DNA of 64,000 nt from Iphione sp. A-MEVVRFRX5 (GCA_976226885.1 OZ320314.1:40486001-40550000); one strand, 5' to 3'; positions 37,401 through 49,199 are shown, numbered from the stretch's first letter. Program-made: numbers and translations. Notes: generated by a model from the sequence alone, not told the origin.

Positions 37401-39263
37401 GCCGCAGTCTATGTGATTATGTTATGATATTGACTGAATGGCTTAGGGTAAAGTTGCAGCCCAAGATGTTAAAGTGTTCTAGTGTTAAGACTATTGTAAT
37501 ATTTCAATTTGGCGCATGGGATAAAGCCGCTGCATACGAAATAAATATGCCTGTATTAATATAACTGAATCAACGGTGTCTGGGGTAAAGTCGCTGCAGC
37601 AGGAACAAATATTTGTATATTAGATGTAAGTTTTGACTGAGGAATGGACTAGATTTAAGAACAGCAAAAGCCAATCATAACCTCACATTGTCATAACATT
37701 CCATTTCAAAACCTATGTTTATCGAAAAAGAACCTGGCTGTACATACAGCAGTGTATACTGTTCCAGAGTAAATGAAGATTTAAAAAATAAAGATTTAAG
37801 AAAGGATTAATGAACTGAATGCTGTCCCTGGTGTATTGATATAGGGTGCCGGAGCTCACGCGAGTTCCACTTTCTGTTGTTGACGGACTGGGCACAGGTA
37901 TACAATGCTTAACATATGGGGCCAAATCTTCCAATGTTTCTTGAAATTTACAGTGGTTGTCCATCTATCCCATATCTATTAGTATTCAGGAGCTTTGTAA
38001 TCCTGTATATCATTTTTAATAAATTATTTTCAGATCAAAATATTCTCGATCCCCCCTACACCTTTCAAATTTCAGGTAATAATGACCAAAACTTCTCCTC
38101 TAATAAATAGAAACTAATTCTCGTATAGGCTTTTCCCATAGTACTGACTGGAGACATGTGCCCAGCTGTTTGAATTTCCTGCCGAAGACGTGATTACCTC
38201 TGGTTCCTTATACACGTATGTACCTTTCATGCAATATATTTCTTTTCGTTTGTGGTATGCAGACATGTTGTTCATCTTAACTACGACCTGACCATGAGTA
38301 AAAGCCAACATCTCACAAAAACATCTGGCACGCAGTGAGTCATTTACACATAGACTGATGGTTATTAAGAAAGATGGTAGAGGAAACCACATTACGACAA
38401 TATTTCTCTCTGTCTCTGTGACTTTCTAAATTCCATTTAAATCAGTTGTCTTTAATATTGGCCCAGTCCTAAGTTGCCTAAAACACATAGGTACCTACCA
38501 CTTTTCTAACTACATTATATTCACTAAGAATTGCCTCTCTATTTATATGGAGGTAAATCTAACCGAAATCCCGTCCTTGTTGCTCAAACACGGTGTCATC
38601 CAGATACAAACTGTCCTCGCCAAATCAAAACAAAATGCGTCTACATGCTGGATGAAGCTGATATACGACCAATGCTAAAGTGGAGAACACGCCACTGCAA
38701 AATTTCGATAGAACTAAACTATTGCTTTCTTTTATAGACATACTGAAAGAAACTGAATTTTCCTAATTATGTAAGTGTTATATATGCACATATAATATAT
38801 GTAAATAAATGTAAAGGACAATGCTCTCGTCCCATTCTTACTCCCTCTCTGTCACTGCCTCACTTTCATTTTCATCAGGATGTCGACGTCTATACTGCCC
38901 CCCTCTTTTACTTGTCATAGCTCTCAGAAACAATTCACTTTCCAATTACCTACACTGCATATATATTTAACCTTCACACGTCTGGGCGGACCAATTGTGC
39001 CCTACAGGCAACGGGAACAAGTGGAAACACATGTCCAATTAGCTTCAAAACATTCAGAAATCAGGGCGGGCCATCGCCTTCGTGAGCTAAGCATGGCGCA
39101 CAGGATGGCGGTCGCACATTCCGTGCTAAGTGGCTAGCACCTATTTAGCTTGTTGAACCAGTTAGTTGCATCACATGAGCGGACTAGATATGTGTGAATG
39201 AATATATATATATATATACATGCATTTGGGAGGATGGTATGGAACTGGCTGTGCGTGTGTGTA

Positions 39264-39312
<49 letters not shown>

Positions 39313-40070
39313 GAGAGACAGACAGACAGACAGACAGGGAGGCAGGCTGATTGGAAAGCACTGAGAACTAAATAATGGCGGGTTTGAGGGGCTTTGGCGG
39401 CAGTAGGTAAAATAGTGCGATATTCCTTCTAACAAATGTGACNNNNNNNNNNNNNNNNNNNNNNNNNNNNNNNNNNNNNNNNNNNNNNNNNNNNNNNNNN
39501 NNNNNNNNNNNNNNNNNNNNNNNNNNNNNNNNNNNNNNNNNNNNNNNNNNNNNNNNNNNNNNNNNNNNNNNNNNNNNNNNNNNNNNNNNNNNNNNNNNNN
39601 NAGCGATTGAGAGAAATATGTATACCTTTTACTTACTTATATTTTCTCTCCGACAACTGCATGGCAATCAGCGTGGCTGTAAACGCCTTACTCAAAGACC
39701 CTATACAAAACGGAGTCTTCTCTGTAACCTTCGCTCGCTGCGATGATGTATCATCGCCGACGTCGTCATCGGCTCCTACGTCTCCGAATCCGCGGGCGAG
39801 CACGACGCGGTCGCCTTGGACGACGGAAACCGTCAGAGCGCGCACAGCATGACACTTCCGCGTGTGCTCGATGAAGTCGACGATGTCTACCACGTCACGC
39901 TCGGTGAGACGGTGGCCATGCACCCTTGATGACGTGGATGACGACACGGCGTATGACACAGTACTCAGCATTAGTAGGCAGATCAGAGAAGTCCAAATGA
40001 ACACCCCATTAGCACAATACACCCGCGCCGGCCCTGTTAGTACGAGACCTCGGTCTCCACAGTTCCACAT
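21335..40070 (-). CDS. Secreted/membrane-anchored beta-lactamase-related serine hydrolase (class C beta-lactamase/PBP-like); complement join(40070-39637,36799-36620,26095-25835,23142-22841,22446-21335), about 762 aa
   Basis: GT-AG introns with consistent phases (2,2,2,1). Catalytic motifs S-L-S-K (GSLSKAFT), LLGHKLG, Y-N-N, PAGSIYSTAEDMARW, YAMGW and H-T-G-G. N-terminal hydrophobic stretch (GVFIWTSLICLLMLSTVSYA) and hydrophobic C-terminus. The start codon is uncertain because in-frame ATGs occur up to 40337. Confidence 0.88.
22841..23142 (-). CDS. Beta-lactamase-like exon 4 (302 bp)
   Basis: TVSPLGPAGSIYSTAEDMARWTQLHL...LTRPVFPVDDIQLSYAMGWVRGIYR; acceptor ctctgcag, donor GTGAGA. Confidence 0.93.
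25835..26095 (-). CDS. Beta-lactamase-like exon 3 (261 bp; YxN)
   Basis: RVRFMAPTLPFRGGFIYNNYMFAIAG...WEQLNRERIFEPLGMSNS...LARPY; donor GTAGGT. Confidence 0.94.
27600..27900 (-). pseudogene. Degraded LINE RT C-terminal fragment
   Basis: Frameshifted RRHYAK...AVLFKSYIMPLYGLLF...RKLRRFM resembles the LFxSYxxxLYG motif after the RT domain of non-LTR elements. Confidence 0.45.
28480..29990 (-). pseudogene. Degraded LINE (L2-group) reverse transcriptase relic in the beta-lactamase intron 2
   Basis: Frameshifted pieces: ...SNLLENY...QIVEHQI...SSSQHRF...DTGTAV...ALDKN...F; MFSIFINDLP...QLYADDT...WFEMNHIVVNVKKTQ; KTYIVPVLEY...PLDERREIQ. Confidence 0.85.
32955..33135. repeat. Degenerate minisatellite (about 30-bp unit, core ACTTTTTCCCATCAA, about 6 copies)
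   Basis: Recurrent TTTTTCCCRTCAAA cores, read directly. Confidence 0.7.
36620..36799 (-). CDS. Beta-lactamase-like exon 2 (180 bp)
   Basis: IDWDTPI...LSDDIRSSQTSMRDLLGHKLG...TRRELI; acceptor ctgacag, donor GTAAGT. Confidence 0.92.
36990..37600 (+). pseudogene. 3' fragment of a LINE (RT C-terminus plus 3' UTR)
   Basis: HARNTRDSLRKTIHVARPRRAMFKRSMRYVIAQLWQKV parallels the C-terminus of the intact ORF at 2249-4993. It is followed by a UTR with four GGGTAAAGYYGC-like motifs. Confidence 0.65.
39251..39336. repeat. Compound microsatellite (GT)n(GA)n(GACA)n
   Basis: Read directly. Confidence 0.95.
39443..39601. other. Assembly gap (run of N) in beta-lactamase-like intron 1
   Basis: 159 N characters. 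Confidence 0.99.
39637..40070 (-). CDS. Beta-lactamase-like exon 1 (signal plus SxxK)
   Basis: ...VRALTVSVVQGDRVVLARGFG...VTEKTPFCIGSLSKAFTATLIAMQL; donor GTAAGT at 39636-39631. Confidence 0.88.
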
Positions 40071-40730
40071 TCTCTCGGTGTAACTCCATCTCCTTCTGTT
40101 GCTGTTTTTTGTTCCCCAAAGTCCACGCCTCATATGGGTTTCCTGTGATGTCTGCACACGCACTAAGCAGGTTCCTGCACGATATCTTGTAATGGCAGTC
40201 CCTGTGTCCATGGCTATAGGTGCCTGGCTAGAAAGGACGCGTCCTTTTCGCCCTGGCCGGCAGTAAGCAACTCCTATTCCTCTTTCTCCTCCTCCCCCGG
40301 CATCCCACATAGTCCCTAGAGCGTCTCGCGCTAACATGGGTTCGGGCTGAGTTTGCTTCTAGACATCAGCCAGCGCCGAAGTAGGCGGCGGCAGTGGAAA
40401 CAGGAGACAGTAGTGGCGGTGGTGGCCGCGGCGGAGGCGGAGGAGGTGGTGTCGGTTGTGGGTGCTTCAGACATGTGCCGATGGGGACGCTACAATCGAA
40501 AAGCTGGAATTCAGAACAACCGGGTGAATCTGGCGTGATGCTCATCAGCCGGAATGATAAGGATGCACTTATTCGAGCCGTGACGAGTTTAAAGCCCCGA
40601 TTACCCATTCTGCGTGGACCTTTGTGATTGTCAGAGATGGACACCTAGAAGCACAGAAGAAAGGAGGAGAAATGTATACATACATATGAAGAGAGAAATA
40701 TATACATGTACATACAAACGAAGGGCCAAG

Positions 40731-40793
40731 GTGTATATATAGAGAGAGAGAAAGAGGGGGGAGGAGGAGAAGGAGGAGAAGGAGGAGGAGGAG
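40731..40793. repeat. Purine-rich (GA)n/(GGA)n low-complexity tract
   Basis: Read directly. Confidence 0.85.
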
Positions 40794-41031
40794 AAATCAC
40801 GTGACTGTATTACGAGCCCTCACTCAGAAAGATCCTCACTTCTTTCTTTCTTTGGGTCCTACTTCCAGTGTGACCGGTAAATCAGACTCTCCGAAGTCCA
40901 TCAAGACTAAAATTGCATGTTATGTGCCCGATGAGATTCCCACACATAAAATCATATGAAACTTCAACCACATGAATAGGCAAGACTCCTTTTCTGTTAC
41001 AAAGTCACACTCACTGAAGAATGTCGTCCAT

Positions 41032-41410
41032 TGTATGTATGATTCCTTGTTTGCTCCGATCAGAGCATAGGGCCAGCTGAATTGCTGGTTTCTGTGGCTG
41101 TAGGTTTATGGGGTGGGGGCACCAACCCCATGCCAAGCCCTGTGGGCAGAGTAGAATCATACTACCATTCTATTGTTCAGAACTGAGAGGCCAGGGTTGC
41201 CCCTTACTCTTATCTCATAAGTCTTCTGGGGTCTTTTTGTGCATAGGGGACAGAATCCTATACACCCACGGCCTTTTTACGAGTTGTGGACCACTCTGGG
41301 TTGGGGATACAGTAAAACTGTCTGGTCATGATCAATAGTGCCAGGTCCAGGAATTGAACCTGTGACCTCTCAATCAGTGGACCAGTGCACTACCACTGAG
41401 CTAACTCCCC
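41032..41410 (-). mobile_element. tRNA-derived SINE (about 380 bp)
   Basis: Minus-strand head GGGGAGTTAGCTCAGTGGTAGTGC...GGTTCAATTCCTG contains Pol III A and B boxes. A non-tRNA body follows and ends in a short (ATAC)n tail. Confidence 0.75.
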
Positions 41411-42722
41411 ACCCTACTGTCATCCATTAGGCTTGTATAATCTTGCCAATGACTTCCTTTTTCATCTTATACAATAAATATCAGTATGCCTTGGGTATGT
41501 GCTAGCCTTGAAATACATGTGCGTATATATGCCAAAGCTTTGCCATGTTACAACACTTTACATGGTTCCACAGCAGGCTTGGTACCTCTGTTCAAATGTT
41601 TAATATGGTACATACCTCTGTATGTCATCTTCTGGTGGAAAATTTACACACATTAATTCGTTTAGAACGAAGATAAAATATAGGACCACCCTGCACTGAC
41701 ACTCGCATTGAGTATACTTGTGCAGACCCAGCGTCCCTGATCACAACCTTCAGCCTTGTACACTATGGGTTGCCATCATATATTGGTCCATATGTATATT
41801 TCTTATAGTTCAAATACATATACTGCAGTGCTTTTTGAAGGGCTGTGTTATGTACCGGCCTTGATGCTTAGCTAAACCTGCTATTCACAGTATCTTTATG
41901 ACATTTCCTATGGTCATCATTAGTGTTGATGGTGCACACGTCCTTATCTACAAGGCTTATTGGCGGAGAACGTCAAAAATGAAACTGTTAGACATCTACA
42001 GACGTGAAATATATCCCACGGCTTCATCTGAATGAGGACATGTTATTGCACGTGTGATTGAGTCTGCTACGGAAGTGTGTGACGGAGAACGCGATGATTA
42101 ATTAGAATCCATAGCAATCTAAACGGCTCCCTTCTTTGCTGTTATTTCCTCCGGATAATAACAATTCCACATAAACTAAATGTTAAAGTACAGAAAAAAT
42201 AACACGTCAGTACAAGGCCGACATGTCATGATGTCTGGGCATAAACAGTTTCTACTACAAATGAAAAGAACGGCGATATAACTTTGTCCCACGTTGTGGG
42301 ATATGAGTGTATTTGAAAAAAGTACACTTCCTAGCTAATAATACACCGTGTAAAAACATCTACAGAATTTTCTTCTACATATACTTTGTCCACAGACGCC
42401 ATTGCTAATTTTATCATGAAGTCTATATCACAATGGAATAAAGAATGGTTATTTCTGCAGAGGAAAAGTCAATATCGGACCGCTGGCCAACTATCTGATC
42501 CTCGTCATCTCGACCACTTAGGCAGACCAGACTGTTCAGGTTTCTTATTGCTAACTTTGCATCGACCGCATCTCCCATTGTGTTCAAGCCGAACGTCCTC
42601 TTGGCCCGTTTCTCATTGCCTGCGAAATGACAAAGACGTGTCTAAAGTTTCTAGTGGTCGCTACAATAACGCGCCGATGCCGTGTCGTGATCAAAGGTCG
42701 TTGTAAGAGCTCCTCTGATTGG

Positions 42723-42923
42723 ATGGGAAGAGGACACCACTGTAGTGTATTGGGTTGCGCAGGGTCGTCTCCCTCTACCTCACAGAGTAATAGATCAAAA
42801 CCTGGACAAAAGGTGGTGAAATGTGTACATGAGACATTTTACCATGGGCGGCGCTATTTGCCTTTCGCAAAGAAGAATTCGTTATATATTATTGGTATTT
42901 CCCTTCGTTCAACAACAGCATGA
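42723..42923 (+). pseudogene. Possible THAP-domain N-terminus (DNA transposon relic)
   Basis: MGRGHHCSVLGC matches the M-x-C-x-V-x-G-C start of THAP domains. The downstream W and CxxH are not found in frame. Confidence 0.25.
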
Positions 42924-45900
42924 ATTCCCTGCTTTGTGTCAACTGGTATAGTCTGAAAACATAAACGTTTACATTTTACAAACAATGTATAAAGGTAAAA
43001 CACGTGGATATTAAGCAGATATTTTACTTTAAACCAGGGTCACTTCTATTCATAGCTCATAGCAGCAAACGTTCAGACTGAATATGAACACTGAGTCTAT
43101 ACGAAAAAAATATTACTTCACCCGTGTTAAAGCCTACTTTAAATAAAATCCCCAACATTTTGGAACATAGAGAATTACAACACTTTAATCTCCATCTTCA
43201 GCAATTATCATATAGCTCTTAACCGCGCTGTGACCTTGACTACTTAACCTGTATTTTTATACTGTTGAGAGGTTCGTGCTCATTCTGTTGCTCAATTCCT
43301 TCCCAATACATCCAGGCACGAAGCATCGTCTAACAGGCAACACTGCGTATGGGTGAGCAACACATGTGGAGACCATTTGTTGGGCTCAACAACAACGAAA
43401 GGGATGGAGATAATAGAGCAGGGCGTAGATGTTAAGATGTAAGCGTACATTAGTAATGAACTCAGGCTGATTCGGTTGCCATTCAACAGTAGGTACATAC
43501 GTTTCATAGCATTATATCGGAGATGTTTCATCATATTTATGTCGTCCATCAGGAGTAAGTCTATCCATGACAACGTCGAATGTCTTTGAAAACCAGATTC
43601 CTAATACATGTTTGTTGTTTGAAATATTATCACAGTGCTTTCAACTTTTTTTTAAGTTCGTGTTATCATTATACTAAGTGAATGGTACCAGTACTGCAAA
43701 CTGAAACTTAAATCATCCAACAATGCCATGGGCACTGCTGCTCCTGTAAAGACGTCATGACCGAATTCTTCTAGGCGTCGTTTTTACTTGAAGATCAGGC
43801 ACGATTAACATGTTGTCTGATCACTGCGTGCGCATAAAAATGCCAATTTCATTAACCTTTAATACACTAATTTGACAATTAAGTGGAAGTGGATTGGGAA
43901 GCGGGAAAGACAGGGACAGAGCGAGGAGGGGGGGCACGGGGAGGTGGCAAAGGAAAGAGGTTGACTGATGGAAGAACCCTCAGATTAATTATAAAAAAAG
44001 GCTATATTACTAATCCGAGACAAATTTGTTAACTCTAAATATCTATTACATGCAGAGAAGTAGACCATTGCATTCAATAAAATCACTTGAAGTTTAAATA
44101 CATATTGACTATGAAGTGTAATAATTTTCTTTTTATATTTTTGAATAGTTTTAACTTGAATATTATGGCTATATGCTGCAGTACCATCATTACAGTTAGA
44201 CACACGTGTCTCCTCCATGTCTTTTCATAGCTTTAGTCCAGTATTCAGTCAATGCATAAATGTTGCAGTCACAAACGTTCACAAATAAACCAGAGACGGG
44301 CCACAGGAAGGCCGGAGAAGGGGGTAGTTTAGAGAAAGAGAGAGGAAGGTACAGAGAGGCATAGGCAAATCTAAAAACAAAAGCATGCTCTCGATTCATC
44401 TCCCCGTCGATATTCCACCGCGTGGTGTCGCTTCAATTAAAAGCACCATGAGTGCGCTGGGCAGTGGGCAGCCATCATCTGGTCCAGATGGATCTTACTC
44501 ACAGTCTGTCTGTAAGAGGGCAGGGCTTGTATGGGCAGAGCACAGCACTTAACCCTGAAGGGGGTAGCTTCTGACGGGGGGTGGGGCCACTAGAGACACG
44601 GCCACAACACCTGCGATCAACACCAGACGGCGCCGGTGGTAGGGATGGGTGGGTGGAGGGGAGGGCAATGACCACGAAAGGAGTGATAGACTGAGGGAAA
44701 ACAAGAGCGGGCGAAATTGAGTAGCAAAGATGGTGTTTAAAGAAGAACTATTGTGGCTAAGCGAGGAGGCGACTGAAGCCAGAACATTGAATAATTAAAC
44801 AGCCTAGTTGCGTATTGATACCGTGAAATGGTGAGAGCATCCAGCAACAGGAATACGAAAGACCGAAGGAGAGAAAAACAGAAATAAGCAGTAGAACACT
44901 GAACGAGGAGTAGGGCCTACCTTAGTACAACAAATGGATTATTGTAGCCTCAGGTCGAAAGACGCTGCAATATCCTGGTACTCCCGTACAGGACAGCGTC
45001 ATATACCGTAAGCAAGGAGACAGGGTATGATGAACAACCCTCTGTCCATTGGTACCCCTCAGCAGCTATTTCAGGAGAGGGTACCAGTCGACTGAAGCCT
45101 AAACAAACTGAGAGATAGGCCCAACATACGAAGAGGACAGCCTAGATGTCTCTATTTTACACAATACTTGATTTAAAGCCGTGTAATATATGGAAATTCC
45201 CATCATTCCAAATCTTGTGTGTATATATATCATCTGATACGAACAATTAAAGTACAGATCTCAATAGTGTGCTAATACTTGGTGAGGAGGCAGCCTGCAG
45301 AAGTACTTTCCGTTCTACTTCCTGCAGCCATTCTAAATAACGTGATGCAATGAGGGACTCTCCCCCTTAATGTCTCCCCGGTGAGATGTGATGTGGAGTT
45401 CAAGGTAGCCTTGAAGAATGCGGCATGTATTTGGCAAGGAGAACATCATGCCTATGACCCTCTGCATTTCCTTGCTTCTTCTTGACAGAATGAACAGAAT
45501 GTCAAAACCTCAAAGTATTTTCTTAAGGGTTTCTGCTGTTCGTAGCCTTATGCTGTTTCTATGTCAGACAGGATATAAGACAAATGACATTTAAGCAAAG
45601 AAGCACTGGTAGGACATATCATTTGATGACATATCATTTGTTGTTGTGTGAAAGACTTTGGATGCATATTGTTACCATTTGAAGTGAATTACATAAATAA
45701 TCGTACTAGAACGTGATGTGGACTATTATTGTGATCTCCAAAACAAAACAGGGGCAGCTTTTATGATGTAATTCTAGGAACCTACAGGCCAAAAACCTAA
45801 AACAGTCTTATCACATGTTCTTTATCCTGCCTTTCACGTTTCCTCCGAGATACATTCCAAATTAAATAAGGTATATTCAGGGATACAGGCCAACCCTAAA

Positions 45901-46373
45901 AGGTTAAAACGTATCATTCATTTAAGTAACCGTGTGACTGTGTATTTCATACAAACATGGGTTATTCCTTTAGGATCGAACGAAGTTAGTTTGGTGTTGG
46001 AAACTTCTCATGTATTTCTGCAATTAACAATATTTTGTCCCTTATGATGGTGTTTTTTACTGTTAGATATAGTGCTGGGATAAAAACATTTGCTGGGTTT
46101 CCTATATTTGCACCGAGTATTCTTCTCAAATAGAAAGCAAGATATATTATTGTGACACTGGCGACCAAAATGGCTCCCTCCCTAGGCAATGTTTCAAATT
46201 TATTTATGTTCTTTATATTCAAATGTCTTTATGTTCGCATCGTTTTCCTACGATCTCTTTTCTTACACATTATTTACCCACATGCATCTGTTTACATACC
46301 CGCTCCACTTCTCCCGCTCCTAACTCTCAGCATCGAAAACAAGAAAAGGAATAAAGCCATTCATCAAATATTG

Positions 46374-46532
46374 CAGGCCCGTAGCCAAGGGGGTATCGGG
46401 GGTATCGGACGATACCCCCCACAGACATTGATGACTATAGACCTTTATATGGATTTTTTAAAATTAGTTCCACCCCTGCTGTATTGGGGTATCATCCGAT
46501 ACCCCCCACAAAATGCCCTGGCTACGGGCCTG
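46374..46532. mobile_element. 159-bp MITE with TIRs CAGGCCCGTAGCCA / TGGCTACGGGCCTG
   Basis: Perfect 14-bp TIR plus internal inverted GGGGTATC/GATACCCC repeats. TATTG flanks both sides (46369-73, 46533-37). Confidence 0.85.
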
Positions 46533-46869
46533 TATTGTCATTCAATCGTTTCTCACGTTGGAAGAAAATATTTCTCTTTATAGTCATAGAAGTTACCGGC
46601 ATAGACAACTGTAAGGGTTTCTCCAGTAAACAAGTGAATACATTTAAAATTGTGCATCTACTTTTCAAAAAATTATAGTAACAACTGAGAATGAAGACTT
46701 ACTAGCTAAGTTGTCTGCAAGGTGGGTTGCTACTGTAAATGTAGGTATGTATGAAGTATGTGTATCTAAGTGTATATGTGAATGTACCAGCATCCAGCAA
46801 AGTATCGTAAGAGTCACTCCCTCTGCATTCCTTTTAATGAGATAGCGTGAGTAATGCTGCAATTTTGTG

Positions 46870-47110
46870 CCCATCATTTTTTTTATACCGCCGTGGAGCG
46901 CGCACCTACGCACTGTCGCATCCACATTTGGTGGCGCATGCGCATGTGATATGGAAACAGCCATCTTTGATCTCCCCGCCACAAACGCCGGTGAGTCACG
47001 TGACCATCAAAGGGGGAGCCGCCGAGACGCGCTCAAAGAGGAGCTCAGATCACTGGAGATGGACGTTTTTAAGGGTTCTCCGCCGTTGGCGTAGGGTGAA
47101 GCTCGCCCAA
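46870..47110. promoter_or_regulatory. CpG-rich promoter-like motif cluster
   Basis: GCGCATGCGC (NRF1-type, 46934-43), AAGATGGC on - (YY1-type, 46960-67), TGAGTCA overlapping GTCACGTGAC (E-box, 46995-47004), and a possible donor GTGAGT at 46991. Confidence 0.4.
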
Positions 47111-49199
47111 GGCATGAGAAGGTCACCGCATGGTATCCTCGCACCACACAGGCCAGGACACCGGGTACACTATGGAGGCCACAGAAAGGAACGGCAACCA
47201 GAACAACTCCGAAAATATTGCCAACAGTACTCTTTCCGTTGCAATATGTGCACAGGATATGAGCTCTTCTAGTCTGTGACACGATATCACATTTTCTATG
47301 GAATATCTTGAGATGCTCTATTCAGCAGGTGTTTCTGATTTATTTGATTTGCGGAGGTGTATTTTGTGAGAAATCCAGGACTTAAATCTGAATTTGTCAT
47401 CGCCTTTCTGTTTGCGACCTGCGGAAACACATTGCTGAAATTAACTTCCAAATGTCACGTAGCCTACACAAAATGGGGAGGAGACTGCCGACAATGTTGA
47501 ATTTTGTAGGTCCATAACTTCTTTTGGACGCCTTTTGGGCGATGCAAGTTTTCGAAGACAATAACTGTATATACAAGTAGGAAATAAGTACTGCTTATTC
47601 TAACACCAGATCACGAGAAAATACTGCAAAGTCTCGGTTATCTTCGTCTATTTGGCCTAGTGTCACAACTGTACGCCGTATAAACACTTTTTGTCTAACA
47701 CTTATGCATGTTACGGTGTAAAATTAACATCTATATGTGCTAAAAGCAATAAATGGATGAGCAAAATAAGCTTCTAACATATTTAAGCATTTAAAGGTTG
47801 TTTACAGGAAAACATGAATGTTTTGGTAACCGATGGTAGCATATTACAACTTGGAAAATATTTTTGAGTGTAAGTGGCGTATACCATTTTGGTAACTGCA
47901 GTGACCAGTTTCCTCTACATAAAGAAGTTTCAAGGTCTTAAAACCCTGAATGCCATTCCGATAGCTACGTGAGCACTCTAGTACCTTGTGGCCTTCACAA
48001 TCGTTACTGACATCGTTTTGAAAATATCAAATGTAATGGATTAGATGCAACAATCGATCTTTTTGAATTGGCAAAGACCAAAGCCAATGACTAGCGGGGT
48101 TGAAAATGACTAATGTGGATTAAAAAAAACGTCCAAAAAGTATCTTATAAACTACTACTTATTCCCGGCAAACATGACCCTGGAGTCGAGCGTTGGGGGT
48201 CGGCGCAGTCGTCGGTATTACAGGGTAGCTACTGCGAATTACTGTAGCAGCTTTCTTGTTACATATTGCCTAACAATACAGGCACGCTATTGCAGAGTGG
48301 GGATGGTGGCGCCGCATTTTAAGAATCTGCTCGCAGCACTGCTCATTCGGTCGGCGCGGATGGGCTTGTACCAGATGGAAGCAATCACATGACCCATGTG
48401 ATGTCCTCTCTGAAGCAAGGCAGCGCTTGGTGTCCACCTTTGTCAGAAGTAATATCTTCGTGGGTACTATTTTAGAATCTAGTTTTCATCTCCTTTAATG
48501 CTAGCATTATGCAGAACAACAATCTGAATGTATGCAGATCTGCTTGTTTTTATATTTGCATTTTGAGATGTACGGTGCAACCTCAACAATAAGGTCACCC
48601 AACATTACAAGCATATGCGACCGCAATAGCCTGTAAACCGTAGTTCTTATCATGATCGAACTATGACAGTTAATGTAATCACAATTAACCAGTGAAGTCG
48701 TATTGTCTCTGCTATTTCTGTCAGAGGCATTAATAGGCATTATGTACGATGCGTGGCCTACTAAAATCATTGAGCAAAGTTCTGTCCGATAAGCCCATTC
48801 CACTGCTAAACCTTTGTTGCTTTTTTTACCTATTGGTCAATTGCCTGTTGACCTCTGTTTGACCATATTATGATGATAATATTCAGGAAGTAGTGTATGG
48901 AAGGTGTCTGGCTGCATGGCCATGTGGAATTATTTTTCGGGAAGGCCACATACAGGGGTGTCCTGTGAGGATCAGTGCAAATCAGTGCAGATCAGTGCAT
49001 GAGATGGGAGACACATGGGAAACATAGCATGAAAAATGACAAAAAAACAATAGCTTTTTCATGTAAATTTGGCTGAAAATAGCAAAAATAGCAAAAAAAT
49101 GGGAAAAGATGGACCTGTATATAAATGTGTGTAAATATTTATGAATCATGCTGAAAAGTGAAGAAATAGAAAGAAATATGAAGAAATAGCAGTGAAAAG

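Noticed and set aside
37860-37964. LEDLAPYVKHCIPV resembling a fibronectin type III strand
   Set aside because: Too short, lacks the conserved Tyr/Trp, and has no companion exons.
39438-39746. 102-aa ORF with poly-X
   Set aside because: Artefact of the N gap.
44940-45010. GGTCGAAAGACGCTG...CAGCGTC hairpin resembling a hammerhead stem III
   Set aside because: No CUGANGA core upstream, an extra AG after GAA, and no stem I.
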